DNA of 63,542 nt, filler included, from Basidiobolus ranarum (taxonomy: Eukaryota), in NCBI GenBank assembly GCA_040143965.1. It is 39 parts of 39 records of this genome, joined end to end, with 100 filler letters (N's around TTAATTAATTAA, not from the genome) between each part and the next. Parts side by side here need not be neighbours in the genome. Positions count along the whole stretch, not along the records: positions 35,971 to 37,500 come from JASJQH010004907.1; positions 37,601 to 39,130 come from JASJQH010004908.1; positions 39,231 to 40,760 come from JASJQH010004909.1; positions 40,861 to 42,389 come from JASJQH010004910.1; positions 42,490 to 44,018 come from JASJQH010004911.1; positions 44,119 to 45,646 come from JASJQH010004912.1; positions 45,747 to 47,274 come from JASJQH010004913.1; positions 47,375 to 48,902 come from JASJQH010004914.1; 31 more parts are not named here. One strand, given 5' to 3'. The translations under genes were made by a program, and so were the position numbers. Below the pieces are notes generated by a model. The model worked only from the letters and a program-made list of their open reading frames with translations. It did no database searches and was not told the origin of the DNA. Positions 37,431 to 49,004 of the stretch are shown in pieces (the first letter of the stretch is position 1; each line of letters begins with the position of its first letter).

Positions 37431-37600
37431 TTGTTTTAGGGTGTAAGCAGCAACTATAACTGCAATATCCTAAGGGTTTTGTGAGGTGTCCAAAGGGTGT
37501 NNNNNNNNNNNNNNNNNNNNNNNNNNNNNNNNNNNNNNNNNNNNTTAATTAATTAANNNNNNNNNNNNNNNNNNNNNNNNNNNNNNNNNNNNNNNNNNNN

Positions 37601-39130
37601 CTCCAATATCCAACAAGACTCTGAGACTATCAGCAATTATCTCCAGCAGAACAATCTCCAGCTCTACTTAGCCAAGACTGTCCATCACAGAACCCAAGAT
37701 ATATGCATTTTCTGCTTTTGGGTTGCAATTTAGAGTGTTTTTGAGCTGGAATTGGGCAATATGCTGTGCAACCAAAGATCCTGAGATGATTCACACTTGA
37801 TTTTAATCCATATAGAGCTTTAAATGGAGTAGTATCTTGTATCAATCTTGTTGGGCATCTGTTTTTGATATAGACTGTAGTGGAGACAGATTCAACCCAA
37901 TATTGGTAATCTAACTTTTGACCTTGTAACATTTATTGCACCATCTACACTATGGTCCTATTAGCACATGTGCAACTCCATTTTGCTATGGAGTATAAGG
38001 TATAGTAGTTTGTTGCTTAATTCCATAATTAGAACAAAACTGGTAAAGTCTTTAGAGCAGTTTTCTCCACCATTATCACTCCCTAGTATCCTTTTTTTGT
38101 GCCAATTCTTTCTCTACCATTACTTGTTAAGGCTTGAATGTAGCTATTGCTTTGGATTTTAATTTGAGCAAGAATGCCCACATAAATCTTGCTGTGCCAT
38201 CCATAAAGATCATTAAAAAAGTTTTCACACCTAGTCGGATGTTTTCCATGGGCTTATTTATATCAAAATAAATCAGGGCAACATTCTGAGTGGATTTGAT
38301 CTCTTAGAGCTAGAAAATTGCTGTCTGTGATATTTTCCATATATGCAACCTTGACACAGATTCAATTTAGTGACAATTTAAATTTCTTAGCCTGAAACAA
38401 GCTGATTTTGGATCATTTGGGTCAGCTTTCTTCCCCAATGTGGCCTATTCTTCTATGCCACATTTGACAGCATATTTCACCAGTTTTGGCCAAGATTGCA
38501 TGTGCAGATTGCAATTTGTTGAGTTCTAGCTTCTATAAGTTTGAAGTTTTCATCCCAGTAGCTAATTGAATACTATTCTAATTGGTGATAGTGTATCAAG
38601 CCTTGATGAACACAAAACTTAGTCTTTGAGTTGTTGCTTGGCTTACTGAGAGTAGAAACTTGGCTATATTTTGTACATAGAGTACATCATCCAATTTTGC
38701 AGATGCTATAGCTGGATTTTGATCTAAACTGAGCACAACTGTGCCCTGTACAAAATCATCTAGTGCATAGTCATCACCTAAGTAGACTTTGCTTGTTTGG
38801 AAGGGCTTTAAGCTGGAAAACCAATCTTTCTTGTTTGACCCATGCTGGGAAGCTTGTGAATCAATGTAGCATGTTTCTGAGTCTTCTTTAGTGGTTACCA
38901 ATATGGCAGAGACAAATAGATGATCCCTATCAGTGCTTACTTGATTTGCTTGTTTTTTTTAGCTTTTTGGCAAAAATCCTTTTTCTGCCATCTTTGATAA
39001 AATGGCCTGGTTTCTTGCAATACTAGCAGGTGATTGATTTCCTGTTAGGGGCACCATTTTTGAAGCCTGTTGGATTTTTTTACAGCTCCAAAAAATGCCT
39101 GATTTGCATTATTTGCTGAGAATCAGATTT
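37601..39130 (-). mobile_element. Degenerate copia gag knuckle-protease-integrase
   Basis: CYIDSQASQH, YWVESVSTTVYIKNRCPT, HLRIFGCTAY, KLQPKSRKCIYLG. Confidence 0.9.
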
Positions 39131-39230
39131 NNNNNNNNNNNNNNNNNNNNNNNNNNNNNNNNNNNNNNNNNNNNTTAATTAATTAANNNNNNNNNNNNNN
39201 NNNNNNNNNNNNNNNNNNNNNNNNNNNNNN

Positions 39231-39879
39231 ATTTTCCAGCTCCAAAAAGAGCCACTTCCTCAGATTCTTTTTCCAAATTCTTACATCTGAGATGTTGATC
39301 CATTAGCCTTGCTACCACAAACTCCAAAGTCAACTTGTCAGATCTTACTTCCAAAGCTGTGACCAAGTTTGAATACTGTTCTGATAGACTACTTAGAAGA
39401 GTCTTAATGACTTCTTCTTCCTCTAAAGTTGCGCCAACATTTTCCAGTTGTTTTGCCAAAGATCTCACATTTGCAATATGTGGTAACCATGCTTTCAGAC
39501 TTTTCCATCTTTATACTGAAGAATTTTTGTCTGAGAAAGAGTCTATTAGCAAGACTCTTTGCTTCATAACACTCTTCCAATGTAGTCCAAGCTTGATGCA
39601 AAGTCTTTGCATATTGAATATTCACAAGTTGTGAATCCTTCAAACTTTGACAAATGACATCAAAGGCCTTCTTGTCTCTTTTCTTGTAAGCTTACAATAA
39701 AGAAGGCTCAGAAGGTTCCTTTTCATGTCCAGAGACAACATCCCAAAGCTCCATGTCTTCCAGATTGATTTGCATCTTGAACTTCCAGAAATTGTAATTT
39801 TCTCCATCAAGCTTTTCAACACTTGAGTTAATAAAAGTGGTAGTAGTGGTATCTACCATGCTGTAAAGGTTAGAACATG
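39231..39879 (-). mobile_element. Copia-A gag 5' region
   Basis: ATG at 39859; VEKLDGENYNFWKFKMQ, AWTTLEECYEAKSLANRLFLRQKFF, TLLSSLSEQYSNLVTALE. Confidence 0.9.
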
Positions 39880-39891
39880 GGGCTCATAACC
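39880..39891 (-). promoter_or_regulatory. Primer-binding site GGTTATGAGCCC (complementary to the tRNA-iMet anticodon arm; half-tRNA priming)
   Basis: Lies immediately 3' of the LTR. The reverse complement GGGCTCATAACC is the initiator-tRNA anticodon stem-loop. Variants at 30841, 47120, 59059 and 62485. Confidence 0.85.
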
Positions 39892-40279
39892 TATTGGGAA
39901 AATATGGGCTATTTGGAGAAACTTTAGAAAAGTGGAGTTGTGAATAGCTTTGTGAGATAATTATTTATTGTCCAGAAATAAGGCATTTATACATTTTGGT
40001 GGAAATACAGAAAACTAACACTGGGGTTGTATTGAGAACATCTGTGAGAGTAAAATGAGCTATATTTGGGGCAATTTGGGGCTATTTGGATGAGTTTGAA
40101 ATTTCTAATATTGAATTGTTAATTCTCACATTATTCACATATATATATAAAAGAAGTTCCAATTTTCAGTTAAGTGATATTTGACTTAGTAATGTTAACT
40201 AACTTATATGTGATATATGAAGTAGTTAGGTTTATATAGATAGAGATAATAAATATAATAAAGACAATAAACTTCAATA
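39892..40279 (-). repeat. 5' LTR of copia-A
   Basis: About 388 bp, T(A)TTGAAG...TTCCCAATA, inserted into a CMC transposase. Confidence 0.9.
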
Positions 40280-40760
40280 ATAATCAGTCTAATACCAAAC
40301 TTGGTATTAGCCATTAGCCTAAGATTATATTGCTAAAGGGGATTGGCTGGAGCCAGAGCTTCCCATTAGGCATTATGCACTTACTATTCAACAACACTCC
40401 AATACTACTTACTCAGCTATATAGTGGAAAATTCAATATGAATCAGCCATTTGAGATAGGCTCAAAATTTGAATTAATTGAGAAAATGTCTGAAAACATC
40501 AAGATACCTTCATATTTTACCAGAACTCCCATCAATATCACTCATCTAGGCGTTTTTTCAAATGCAAAGACTGGAAATATTGGAATTGTATATATTCAAG
40601 TGGAATTTTGAAAAGATTTCTGCTGGAGAAGTATTGGCAACATTGGGAGTTGTTTGTCAATATTGTTAATATATCTCTAACAAAAATAAAATCGATTTGA
40701 TCCGGATGGGATCCACCCTTCAAAATAGCAAAACCGTCAGAGAACCGTCACAATATTGTT
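40280..40760 (+). mobile_element. CMC transposase fragment interrupted at 40675 by the right terminus of another CMC copy
   Basis: MHLLFNNTP..; then CTCTAACAAAAATAAAATCGATTTGATCCGG. Confidence 0.8.
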
Positions 40761-40860
40761 NNNNNNNNNNNNNNNNNNNNNNNNNNNNNNNNNNNNNNNN
40801 NNNNTTAATTAATTAANNNNNNNNNNNNNNNNNNNNNNNNNNNNNNNNNNNNNNNNNNNN

Positions 40861-41125
40861 AAAAATCTATATATCTGAGAACTTCTAAGTTGGTAAAAAT
40901 ATTCTAAGTAAATTCCGATTGAGAATAATTGATAATATCTTAGTGAATTATAAGATAACTAAGTACTAGGCTATATATGACTATATAGGTGTTTAGGCAA
41001 TGCTAATTTCAACACTAAGTACATTCCAATATCACATAATAGGTAACATCTTAGTTCAATATAAGATAACCAAATACTAAGCTATATATGACTATATAGG
41101 TGTTTAGGCAATGCTTATTTCAACA
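40861..41125 (-). repeat. LTR-B 5' ends; an about 80-bp segment is present twice
   Basis: GCTATATATGACTATATAGGTGTTTAGGCAATGCT..TTTCAACA at about 40970-41014 and about 41081-41124. Confidence 0.75.
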
Positions 41126-42489
41126 CAATCAAATACTCTACTAACTCCAAATATCTTCAATATCAACATTCAATACATGTATATTAACCACATCACCCAA
41201 ATTAAAATCAGAATATCTGGTTTGGATATATCCTAGAAATTGAGGGAAATGACAAGATTTTCAAAGCCTCTCAAACCTTCCCAAACTTCTTCCATACAAT
41301 GCAGAATTTATAAAGCCTAAGCTTTAACTGGCACTAAATACTTGAGCTATATATAGTATGACTGCTAATTGCTTACTGGTAGAGATTGTATTAGTAAAAT
41401 ATTGTGTATCAAAATAGTCAGTTGTATAGTTACTAAGATATTGTCACTTGTGCAGTAGATACAAAACATCAAATCAGCTTTGAGCAACCGTGTTTATGCA
41501 ACATCAAATATGAGGAGAAAATGACATATATGTAGCTTCAGCACTTGGCATAATTCTGAGTTTATGAGTTTCTCAGTCCATCAGAGACAAAAGTCAAAAA
41601 AATCTCAGCATATATTATGGGCAAATAAGCCTGTATTAGCAAATTAGGGCATTACGAATTACGTGCAGCATTTAATTCATATGCACCATTTTAGGGTTGG
41701 GGCTGGAAAACTTCATGTCACGCTACCTCTTGGGCGAAGAAGGGTTAGGTTATATATTAAATACGTAGAAATCGATAGGAATAAACGGCAGGTAAGTACT
41801 AGATGAAAGCAAGGAATGATAGATTACCCGTATAATTTGATAATTATGTTAACTGTATTTACCTCAATCTATAGTGCACGCCAATAGTGGATAATTTACA
41901 TCTATTGAATATGGTTAGTATATCCAGGTAGTTAATGGCTAGTATGTTCAGATATATATATTCACATAGCTTTCTTTCGGGATTGGAAATTTTGAAATAG
42001 ATGTTTATGTATCCAACAACAAAGAAAATAAGAAATAGTCAAGTGTGACAAATATGCTATGAATATCTATACTGACAAGCAATATATCCAACCAGATATG
42101 TGAAAGATACACGGCGAAGATAGAATGCCACACATTCCATCTAAGAACTTTCAATAACGCCGAATCCAGATTATCTCGACGCCCTTCTATAAACGATTCA
42201 GGATTGGAATAATCAAGAAACTGGTTGGAGAGGAGTATGTGGAAAGAGGGCTACGTTTAATGTTGCAATTAAATACGGGTTAAGGCCGCTTTATCTCTAC
42301 AAATATTGAATTGAAGGTAGCACACACTTAAGGTTAGGTGATGGAGATGACCCATTGCAGTTACAGAAAACAACTGAATACAGCAATCANNNNNNNNNNN
42401 NNNNNNNNNNNNNNNNNNNNNNNNNNNNNNNNNTTAATTAATTAANNNNNNNNNNNNNNNNNNNNNNNNNNNNNNNNNNNNNNNNNNNN

Positions 42490-43265
42490 TTTTTGCATCA
42501 ATTTGATTCTGGACACTTCAGAGCTTGATTTATAGTCTGTGGCTTATTACAGAGTGCTGCATAAACATATACATTGTCTTTGGAAGTATTCTGCCAGTTT
42601 CCTTGCTTTTTTCTACTTCTGGACAATCTTTGGAGGCCCAAATCATCAACCAATATAATTGGGACTTGAATAGACCTGAGTTACAGCAGAAATTCTGTCA
42701 GGAAACTCCTGAATGGTGTGGATTATATTTTCTGGATCAAGAACTGTAAGTTGAGGCAAAAAATTTGCTTTTTGATCAAAAATCACATCCTTGCACTTAA
42801 TGAACTTTTGATTTTTGGTATCAAACAGTCTGTAGGTCTTGGATCCATCACAGGAACCACAAAATAAGAATTGTCTGCTTTTGAGTTGCAATTTAGAGCA
42901 TTTTTGAGCTGGAATTGGGCAATTTGCCATTCAACCAAAGATACTGATATGATTCACACTTGGTTTTGATCCATATAAGGCTTCAAATGGAGTACAATTT
43001 GGTAGCAATCTTGTTGGCCATCTGTTTGTGATATAGACTGCAGTGTGGACAGATTCAGCACAATATTGGTAATCTAGCTTTTGATCATGTAACATTGATC
43101 TTGCCATCTCCACTATGGATCTATTTGCACAATCTGCCACTCTATTTTGCTGTGTAGCATAAGGTACAGATGTTTGCTGCTCAATTCCATGTTTATAGCA
43201 AAAACTTGCAAAGTCTTTGGAGCAGCATTGTCCACCATTGTCACTCCTTAGAACCCTTATTTTTT
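42490..43265 (-). mobile_element. Copia integrase fragment
   Basis: VLRSDNGGQC..VPYATQQNRVADCANRSIVEMARSML..TNRWPT..FEALYGSKPSVNH. Confidence 0.88.
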
Positions 43266-44018
43266 GTTGAAATTAGGTTATTAGCAACTCAGTATTGAGT
43301 AGTTAGTCTATTCATATTCCGCTTATTTAGTACTCAGTTCTGTCATTCAAAAATGTGGGTTCATTGCTCTAAATGATAGAAATTTCAACATCAAAAATTA
43401 GAAAATTTTTACCAATTTTGACTATTTTCTCAAATTTTCTCCTATGATTAACAGCCAAGTTTATTATGATCTAAGCATGTCCAATAATCCTATTTCTTAC
43501 ATACTATAAATATGACATATCCAATTGAATAAAACCCAAGTGTCTAATTCAAAAATTCAAATCTTGTCCAAAACACTTCCAAATCCCCTAATCACTTTTA
43601 TTGGGTTGAGCCCCAACCTAGCTGGTAATGCAATATCTACCAGAACTATTACCAGCATTTTTGCATCCATCAAGAAGTTTGAGGGTGAAGACATTCACCT
43701 TTGGAAGTTCAAGATGTAAATGGTGCTAGAAGAGAAGTACCTTTGGGGATTTGTTACAGGAGACAAAAGAGAGCCAATGTCATGATTCTGATTTTGGCAT
43801 ACTGATCCTCAAAGATACATACCTTTTTGGAATCACTTGAATTCCAAAAATGCACAGCCAATCACAGTATTTACATCAAAACAACTGGAATTAGGATACT
43901 TATCTTAGCACTCCATGTGGATGATTTGACCATAGCCACAAATGAGCTAGAAGCAATTAATCCAACAAACAGCATCTTATCAAACTAATTTCAGATGACT
44001 GATATGGGTGAATTATGT
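43266..44018 (+). mobile_element. Further copia family: LTR, PBS-like GGGTTGAGCCC, gag start and RT scrap (internally deleted)
   Basis: LTR starts TGTTGAAATTAGG; IKKFEGEDIHLWKFKM; LALHVDDLTIA..FQMTDMGEL. Confidence 0.7.
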
Positions 44019-44118
44019 NNNNNNNNNNNNNNNNNNNNNNNNNNNNNNNNNNNNNNNNNNNNTTAATTAATTAANNNNNNNNNNNNNNNNNNNNNNNNNN
44101 NNNNNNNNNNNNNNNNNN

Positions 44119-44310
44119 GGAGTTCAATCAGCTGGTGCAGCCATTGCCTGGGATATTGATGCCAAGCGCAACCCATTGATGACCCAATTTATTGTTAACT
44201 GGGTGCTATTGACTGCTTCTCTTCCCTTTTCCTTCATTGTTGCCAGAAGTATCAAGGATACTTCTGATGTTCAACACGAGAAGGGTGTGGTCGAACAAGA
44301 CAAAGCTTAA
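44119..44310 (+). CDS. C-terminus of an UNC-93-like MFS membrane protein
   Basis: GVQSAGAAIAWDIDAKRNPLMTQFIVNWVLLTASLPFSFIVARSIKDT..* matches the fungal UNC-93 family end motif QSAGAA.AW.ID. Confidence 0.8.
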   Translation, partial: GVQSAGAAIAWDIDAKRNPLMTQFIVNWVLLTASLPFSFIVARSIKDTSDVQHEKGVVEQDKA

Positions 44311-45571
44311 TATCTATTTTGATAATCGATAAAGTACCAATGAGCAGTATCCCTTATCCCGAACGATGCTTGATTGGTTTATTTGATAAAATTTGTAATG
44401 TAAAGCAACTGAACTCGTAATAAATTGTTTCAATTCTATATATTTGAACTCCGACGCTTGTCATATTCACCGATTTTATTGGTATTACAATATCAGTCAT
44501 CATGGCTATGACAACACGCCGCACATACTATGTATTACTTGTAAATAGTACTTCTACTGAGGTAGATAATCTTAACTAGCGTTCGTTTGCTCGATGTGAA
44601 GATTTTAGTAATAACTAATAAGTACTTAGGTGGACTTTGGGAAATAGTATTATTGAAATTTTTCCTCATCAAGGCCATGCGGGTCCTAATCCGGTTGCTT
44701 GTATCTTACAACTGGCTTTACTCGCTTGTTATGGTTATACTCTGAGACTTTGTTAGATTCAACCGTTGAACCCATGATCTAACTGGACTAATTGCTCTCC
44801 ATACCACCACATGGGGTAGGCATCACTAATATACTCTACCTTTTTGCAAACATGGGTCATCTTCACCAATAGTGACCAGAGTTTGGTATTGAGAGTTCGC
44901 ACAGATAACAAGTTTACGGATGCTTGTCAAATTGGGAAACTCAGTCGCGATAATTAACTTACATGTAGACATATTCCCCACATCCGTAACTGGTTTGAAC
45001 AATCTTCCATTTAATTTCGAAAAGAAATTCAAATGTATGATATAATTGTTTCTCAAACGTGTTCTGTGCCATGTTCTATGTAAGTATTAGCCCCAACATT
45101 ACATACCATCATTACCTCACTACCGCTAGTTGCTTAAGAGGTTTAGAGAGCAAATGTGCACTTACAATGAGTCTGGAGCTTACCTACGAAGTGATTAGGA
45201 AAACTGGTTGTGACTAAGAATTTCTCTTCGTTCACCAATTTGCATCATCCACTCGGGTATCCATAGTAAACAACTGGCAACAGGGTACTAAGTTTTATAC
45301 TTTTGTTTTAAAGTATATATCGTCGCTAATAATTGTGACACAGTAATACAAACTCATCTACGTTCTACAAAATAACACTTGATTCCGTCAATTAATACAT
45401 AATAGGAACAGTTTGGCAACTGTTGAGCAGAGATGAAGGACCATGTATAAGGCCTATCGAATATCAACATTATAAATACCCTCCATAAGACTCAACTAAG
45501 GAGTGTGAAGCATTCTCTAAATAACAATTTTGACTTGATTTTCTTCTTTTACATCAAGCTTTATTACTATA

Positions 45572-45646
45572 ATGCGGTTTAATTCCCCAATGGTCCAGGT
45601 TGTCCTGGTGGGCCTCGCCTGTATCTGCTGCCCGGGTATGTATAAC
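45572..45646 (+). CDS. N-terminus of a second UNC-93-like MFS protein
   Basis: MRFNSPMVQVVLVGLACICCPGMYN matches the conserved Q....G..C..CPGM.N start; TATAAA at about 45471. Confidence 0.8.
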
Positions 45647-45746
45647 NNNNNNNNNNNNNNNNNNNNNNNNNNNNNNNNNNNNNNNNNNNNTTAATTAATT
45701 AANNNNNNNNNNNNNNNNNNNNNNNNNNNNNNNNNNNNNNNNNNNN

Positions 45747-47274
45747 TGGATTGTTCTCCCACTCCCCAAGCTTCTAGTGGCCAGTCATCTCCCCTATAAA
45801 CCTTCTTGCTTATATCAGTTTTGAGTGTCTTTAACCAGTTTTTTTGATTAGAGAAATGTTGAGAGGCTCCAGAATCAATATACCACAATCTACAGTCTTG
45901 TTCACAGGTCACTGATAGGGGAGAAAGGAATAAAACTTCCTCATTGGTTGAAAGCTGATTTGCTTTTCTGACTTCTCATTTTTGTTGTAATTTCTTGATT
46001 TGCAATCTTTTATCTGATGTCCTGGCTTGTTACAACCATAGCATAAACCTGGTCTCCTTCTTTTGTAACCTTTGTACTTGCCAAAGCTACATTTTCCAGC
46101 TCCAAAAAGAGCCACTTCCTTAGATTCTTTTTCCAATTTCTTACTTCCAAGGTGTTGATCCATTAGCCTTGCCACCACAAACTCCAAAGAAAACTTTTCA
46201 GATCTTGCTTCCAAAGCTGTGACAAAGTTTGTATTGGGAAAATATAGGCTGTTAGGAGGAACTTTAGAAAAGTGGAGTTGTGAATAGCTTTGTGAGATAA
46301 TTATTTATTGTTCAAAAATAAAGCATTCATACATTTTGATGGAAATACAGAAAACTAACACCGGGATTGTGTTCAGAACATCTGTGGGAGTGAAATGAGC
46401 TATTTTTGGGTCAATTTGGATGAGTTTGAAATTTCAAATATGGAATTGCTAATTCTCACATTATTCACATATATATATAATACATGTTCCAATTTTCAGC
46501 TAAGTGTTATTTGACTAAGTAATGTTACTAACTTATATGTGGTATATGAAACAGTTAGGTGTATAAAGATAGAGATAACAAATATGCTAAAGACACTAAA
46601 CTTCAACAGTTTGAATACTGTTCTGGTAGACTAATTAGAAGAGGCATAATGACATCTTCTTTCTGTAAAGTTGCACCAATAGTTTCCAGTTGTTTTGCCA
46701 AAGATCTCACATTTGCAATATGAGTAACCATGCTTTCAGACTTTTCCATCTTTATATTGAGGTATTTTTGTCTGAGAAAAAGTCTATTGGCAAGACTCTT
46801 TGCTTCATAACACTCTTCCAATATAGTCCAAGCTTGATGGGAAGTCTTTGCATAGTGAATATTCACAAGTTGTGAATCATTCAAACTTTGACAAATGACA
46901 TTAAACACCTCCTTGTCTCTTTCCTTATAATCTTCCAGTAAAGAAGGGTCAGAAGGTTCCTGTTCAACTCCAGAGACTACATCCCAAAGCTCCCTGTCTT
47001 CCAGCATGATTTGCCTCTTGAACTTCCAGAAATTGCAATTTTCTCCATCAAGCTTTCAACACTTGAGTTAATAGAAGTGGTAGTAGTAGTTTCTGTCATG
47101 CTGTAAAGGTTAGAACATGGAGCTCATCACCTATTGGGAAAATATGGGCCTTTTGGAGGAACTTTAGAAAAGTGGAGTTGTGAATAGCTTTGTGAGATAA
47201 TTATTTATTGTCCAGCAATAAAGCATTTATACATTTTGGTGCAAATACAGAAAACTAACACTGGGGTTGTGTTC
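45747..47274 (-). mobile_element. Copia-A 5' LTR, PBS, gag and protease, with a solo LTR inserted in gag
   Basis: LEDRELWDVVSG.., CYGCNKPGHQIKDC, WYIDSGASQHF; LTR starts at 47132. Confidence 0.92.
46232..46608 (-). repeat. Solo LTR-A (377 bp) with perfect 5-bp TSD GTTTG
   Basis: GTTTG at 46227-46231 and 46609-46613. The uninterrupted homolog at 39361 reads ACCAAGTTTGAATACTG. Confidence 0.93.
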
Positions 47275-47374
47275 NNNNNNNNNNNNNNNNNNNNNNNNNN
47301 NNNNNNNNNNNNNNNNNNTTAATTAATTAANNNNNNNNNNNNNNNNNNNNNNNNNNNNNNNNNNNNNNNNNNNN

Positions 47375-48011
47375 CTTCCATAAGGCCTCAGTCTTCTCGC
47401 CATTGTTGTAGTTGACGGTCACCTTGAAGTCACCCGAGTGACGGAAAGCAGCCTTACGCCACACCTTGGATACGACATTGACTGGTGTAGAGGCAGCTTT
47501 GTTAGCACCTCCATTATGAGTATGGTCAGCATCTTCCACAGCTCCTCCTTGTCCCTTCCAGAAGTGTGCTGCATCTTGATAATATGTAAAGTTCCAGGAC
47601 TCCAAAGGAGCTGGTTCTAAGCGGAGATAGGTCTCCAATGGCACTGGCTTAGACTCTTGAATGACCTTTCCATTATCATTCAAACGGACCTTAGCAATGG
47701 TGATTTCAAAGTTGGGGTTGGGTTTGCCAGCAACACCTCCTGGCGCTGGAGCTTCATCGTGGATTTCAACTCTGACATCGAATTTGGCACCTAAGAGCAT
47801 TTCAGCGCTATTGAGAAAGGGCAGTAAGTATTATGTTGTAGAAGACAAGTTGGCAAAGTGAAAATACTAAGGCGTATATTTACCTTGTGGGTGGCATGAT
47901 ACATGCTTTGTCTGGGCAACCGGGAAATCTAGTGAACTGATCAGCTATAACCTCATTGCTGAGTACGCTAAGAGTTGCCAGTAAAGTGATTGCCTTGAAT
48001 CCTGCAAGCAT
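47375..48011 (-). CDS. Secreted alkaline phosphatase, 5' part (exon 1 48011-47884, intron 47883-47808, exon 2 from 47807)
   Basis: Signal peptide, then GCPDKACIMPPTS|AEMLLGAKFDVRVEIH, like the N-terminal extension of long fungal/proteobacterial alkaline phosphatases. The GT..AG intron restores frame. Confidence 0.72.
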
Positions 48012-48659
48012 GTTGAATATGCTAAAAAACTTTATGAAAGTATGGATGTGAGGTATGCATACCAGGAATGTACCATTTATACATTTCAATGCTACTTTAC
48101 AACAGCGAACAGTAATGAGACTTCTCAACATGTGGTTTTACAAGAGTTTTTTCGCTTCACTTGACCTGTTCATAAGCCTAGCACACGATGCCGAGTTCCA
48201 TTTTGGGAATTTGAAAGAAATTTCGAGATTCGTAACACCTACCACCAGCTACAATAATTCCCAGCAATTATGACTCTAAAAAGGATTACCACTGACTGAT
48301 CAGTTTCACAATATGCAGATTGAATGTTGTGAACTGAACTTCAACAAATCAATCTGGGATGCCACTTCACGTTCCCATTACTTGGGTTGTTATACAGAAT
48401 TGATTGAAACATCATGGAACCCATTTTCAATAAATTTCGGAATTTGAACTTACCGCAAAAGGTATTAGCAAGGTTACGATGACAAATAAGATAAATTGGC
48501 TAACTGGTTGATATTCCGTGGATATTTAGAATGGCCTTTTTCATTTATTTGGCTGCTAGTGCTACAATGGTATTTATGAAATAGTATACTGATTTTGGCC
48601 GGATTGGATTCTACACTTGAGTGGTTGACCATTCACATTAAAGAAATCGCTATCACTAT

Positions 48660-48902
48660 CTAATTGTCAAACCCGAGTCCAAGAACTTCAGCAAAGTTGA
48701 AGAAAATCTCAGTGTTGTCCATGACACGTCCAAAGAGATGGGCGCCTGGTCCAGTGGCAAATACTGGAACATCTTGGAGTGAGTGAACACCGTTCGATTC
48801 ACTAACGGGTAGATTGCCATTGCGGTGGAGAGCACTCTGAGCTTCGTCAGGGTTGGCAATGTAGTGGTCGTAAGTAGGTCCATGAGAGTGAGTACCCTTG
48901 TC
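48660..48902 (-). CDS. Alkaline phosphatase C-terminus (upstream tandem copy)
   Basis: NGNLPVSESNGVHSLQDVPVFATGPGAHLFGRVMDNTEIFFNFAEVLGLG..* carries the AP H..DVP.FA.GPG..F..DNT.IF motif. Different frame from the listed ORF. Confidence 0.9.
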   Translation of the reverse strand, partial: DKGTHSHGPTYDHYIANPDEAQSALHRNGNLPVSESNGVHSLQDVPVFATGPGAHLFGRVMDNTEIFFNFAEVLGLGFDN

Positions 48903-49004
48903 NNNNNNNNNNNNNNNNNNNNNNNNNNNNNNNNNNNNNNNNNNNNTTAATTAATTAANNNNNNNNNNNNNNNNNNNNNNNNNNNNNNNNNNNNNNNNNN
49001 NNAA

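Noticed and set aside
42006..42250. Possible minus-strand exon (PSFHILLSNQFLDY...)
   Set aside because: No recognisable motif or start, and the splice structure is unsupported.
48656..48883. Listed 75-aa ORF MDLLTTTT...
   Set aside because: Wrong frame; the real reading frame is the alkaline phosphatase C-terminus at 48660-48902.
8195..48902. Apparent phosphate-acquisition cluster (PHO89-like, alkaline phosphatases, PMA1)
   Set aside because: The genes are on unlinked contigs that sit together only because their lengths are similar.
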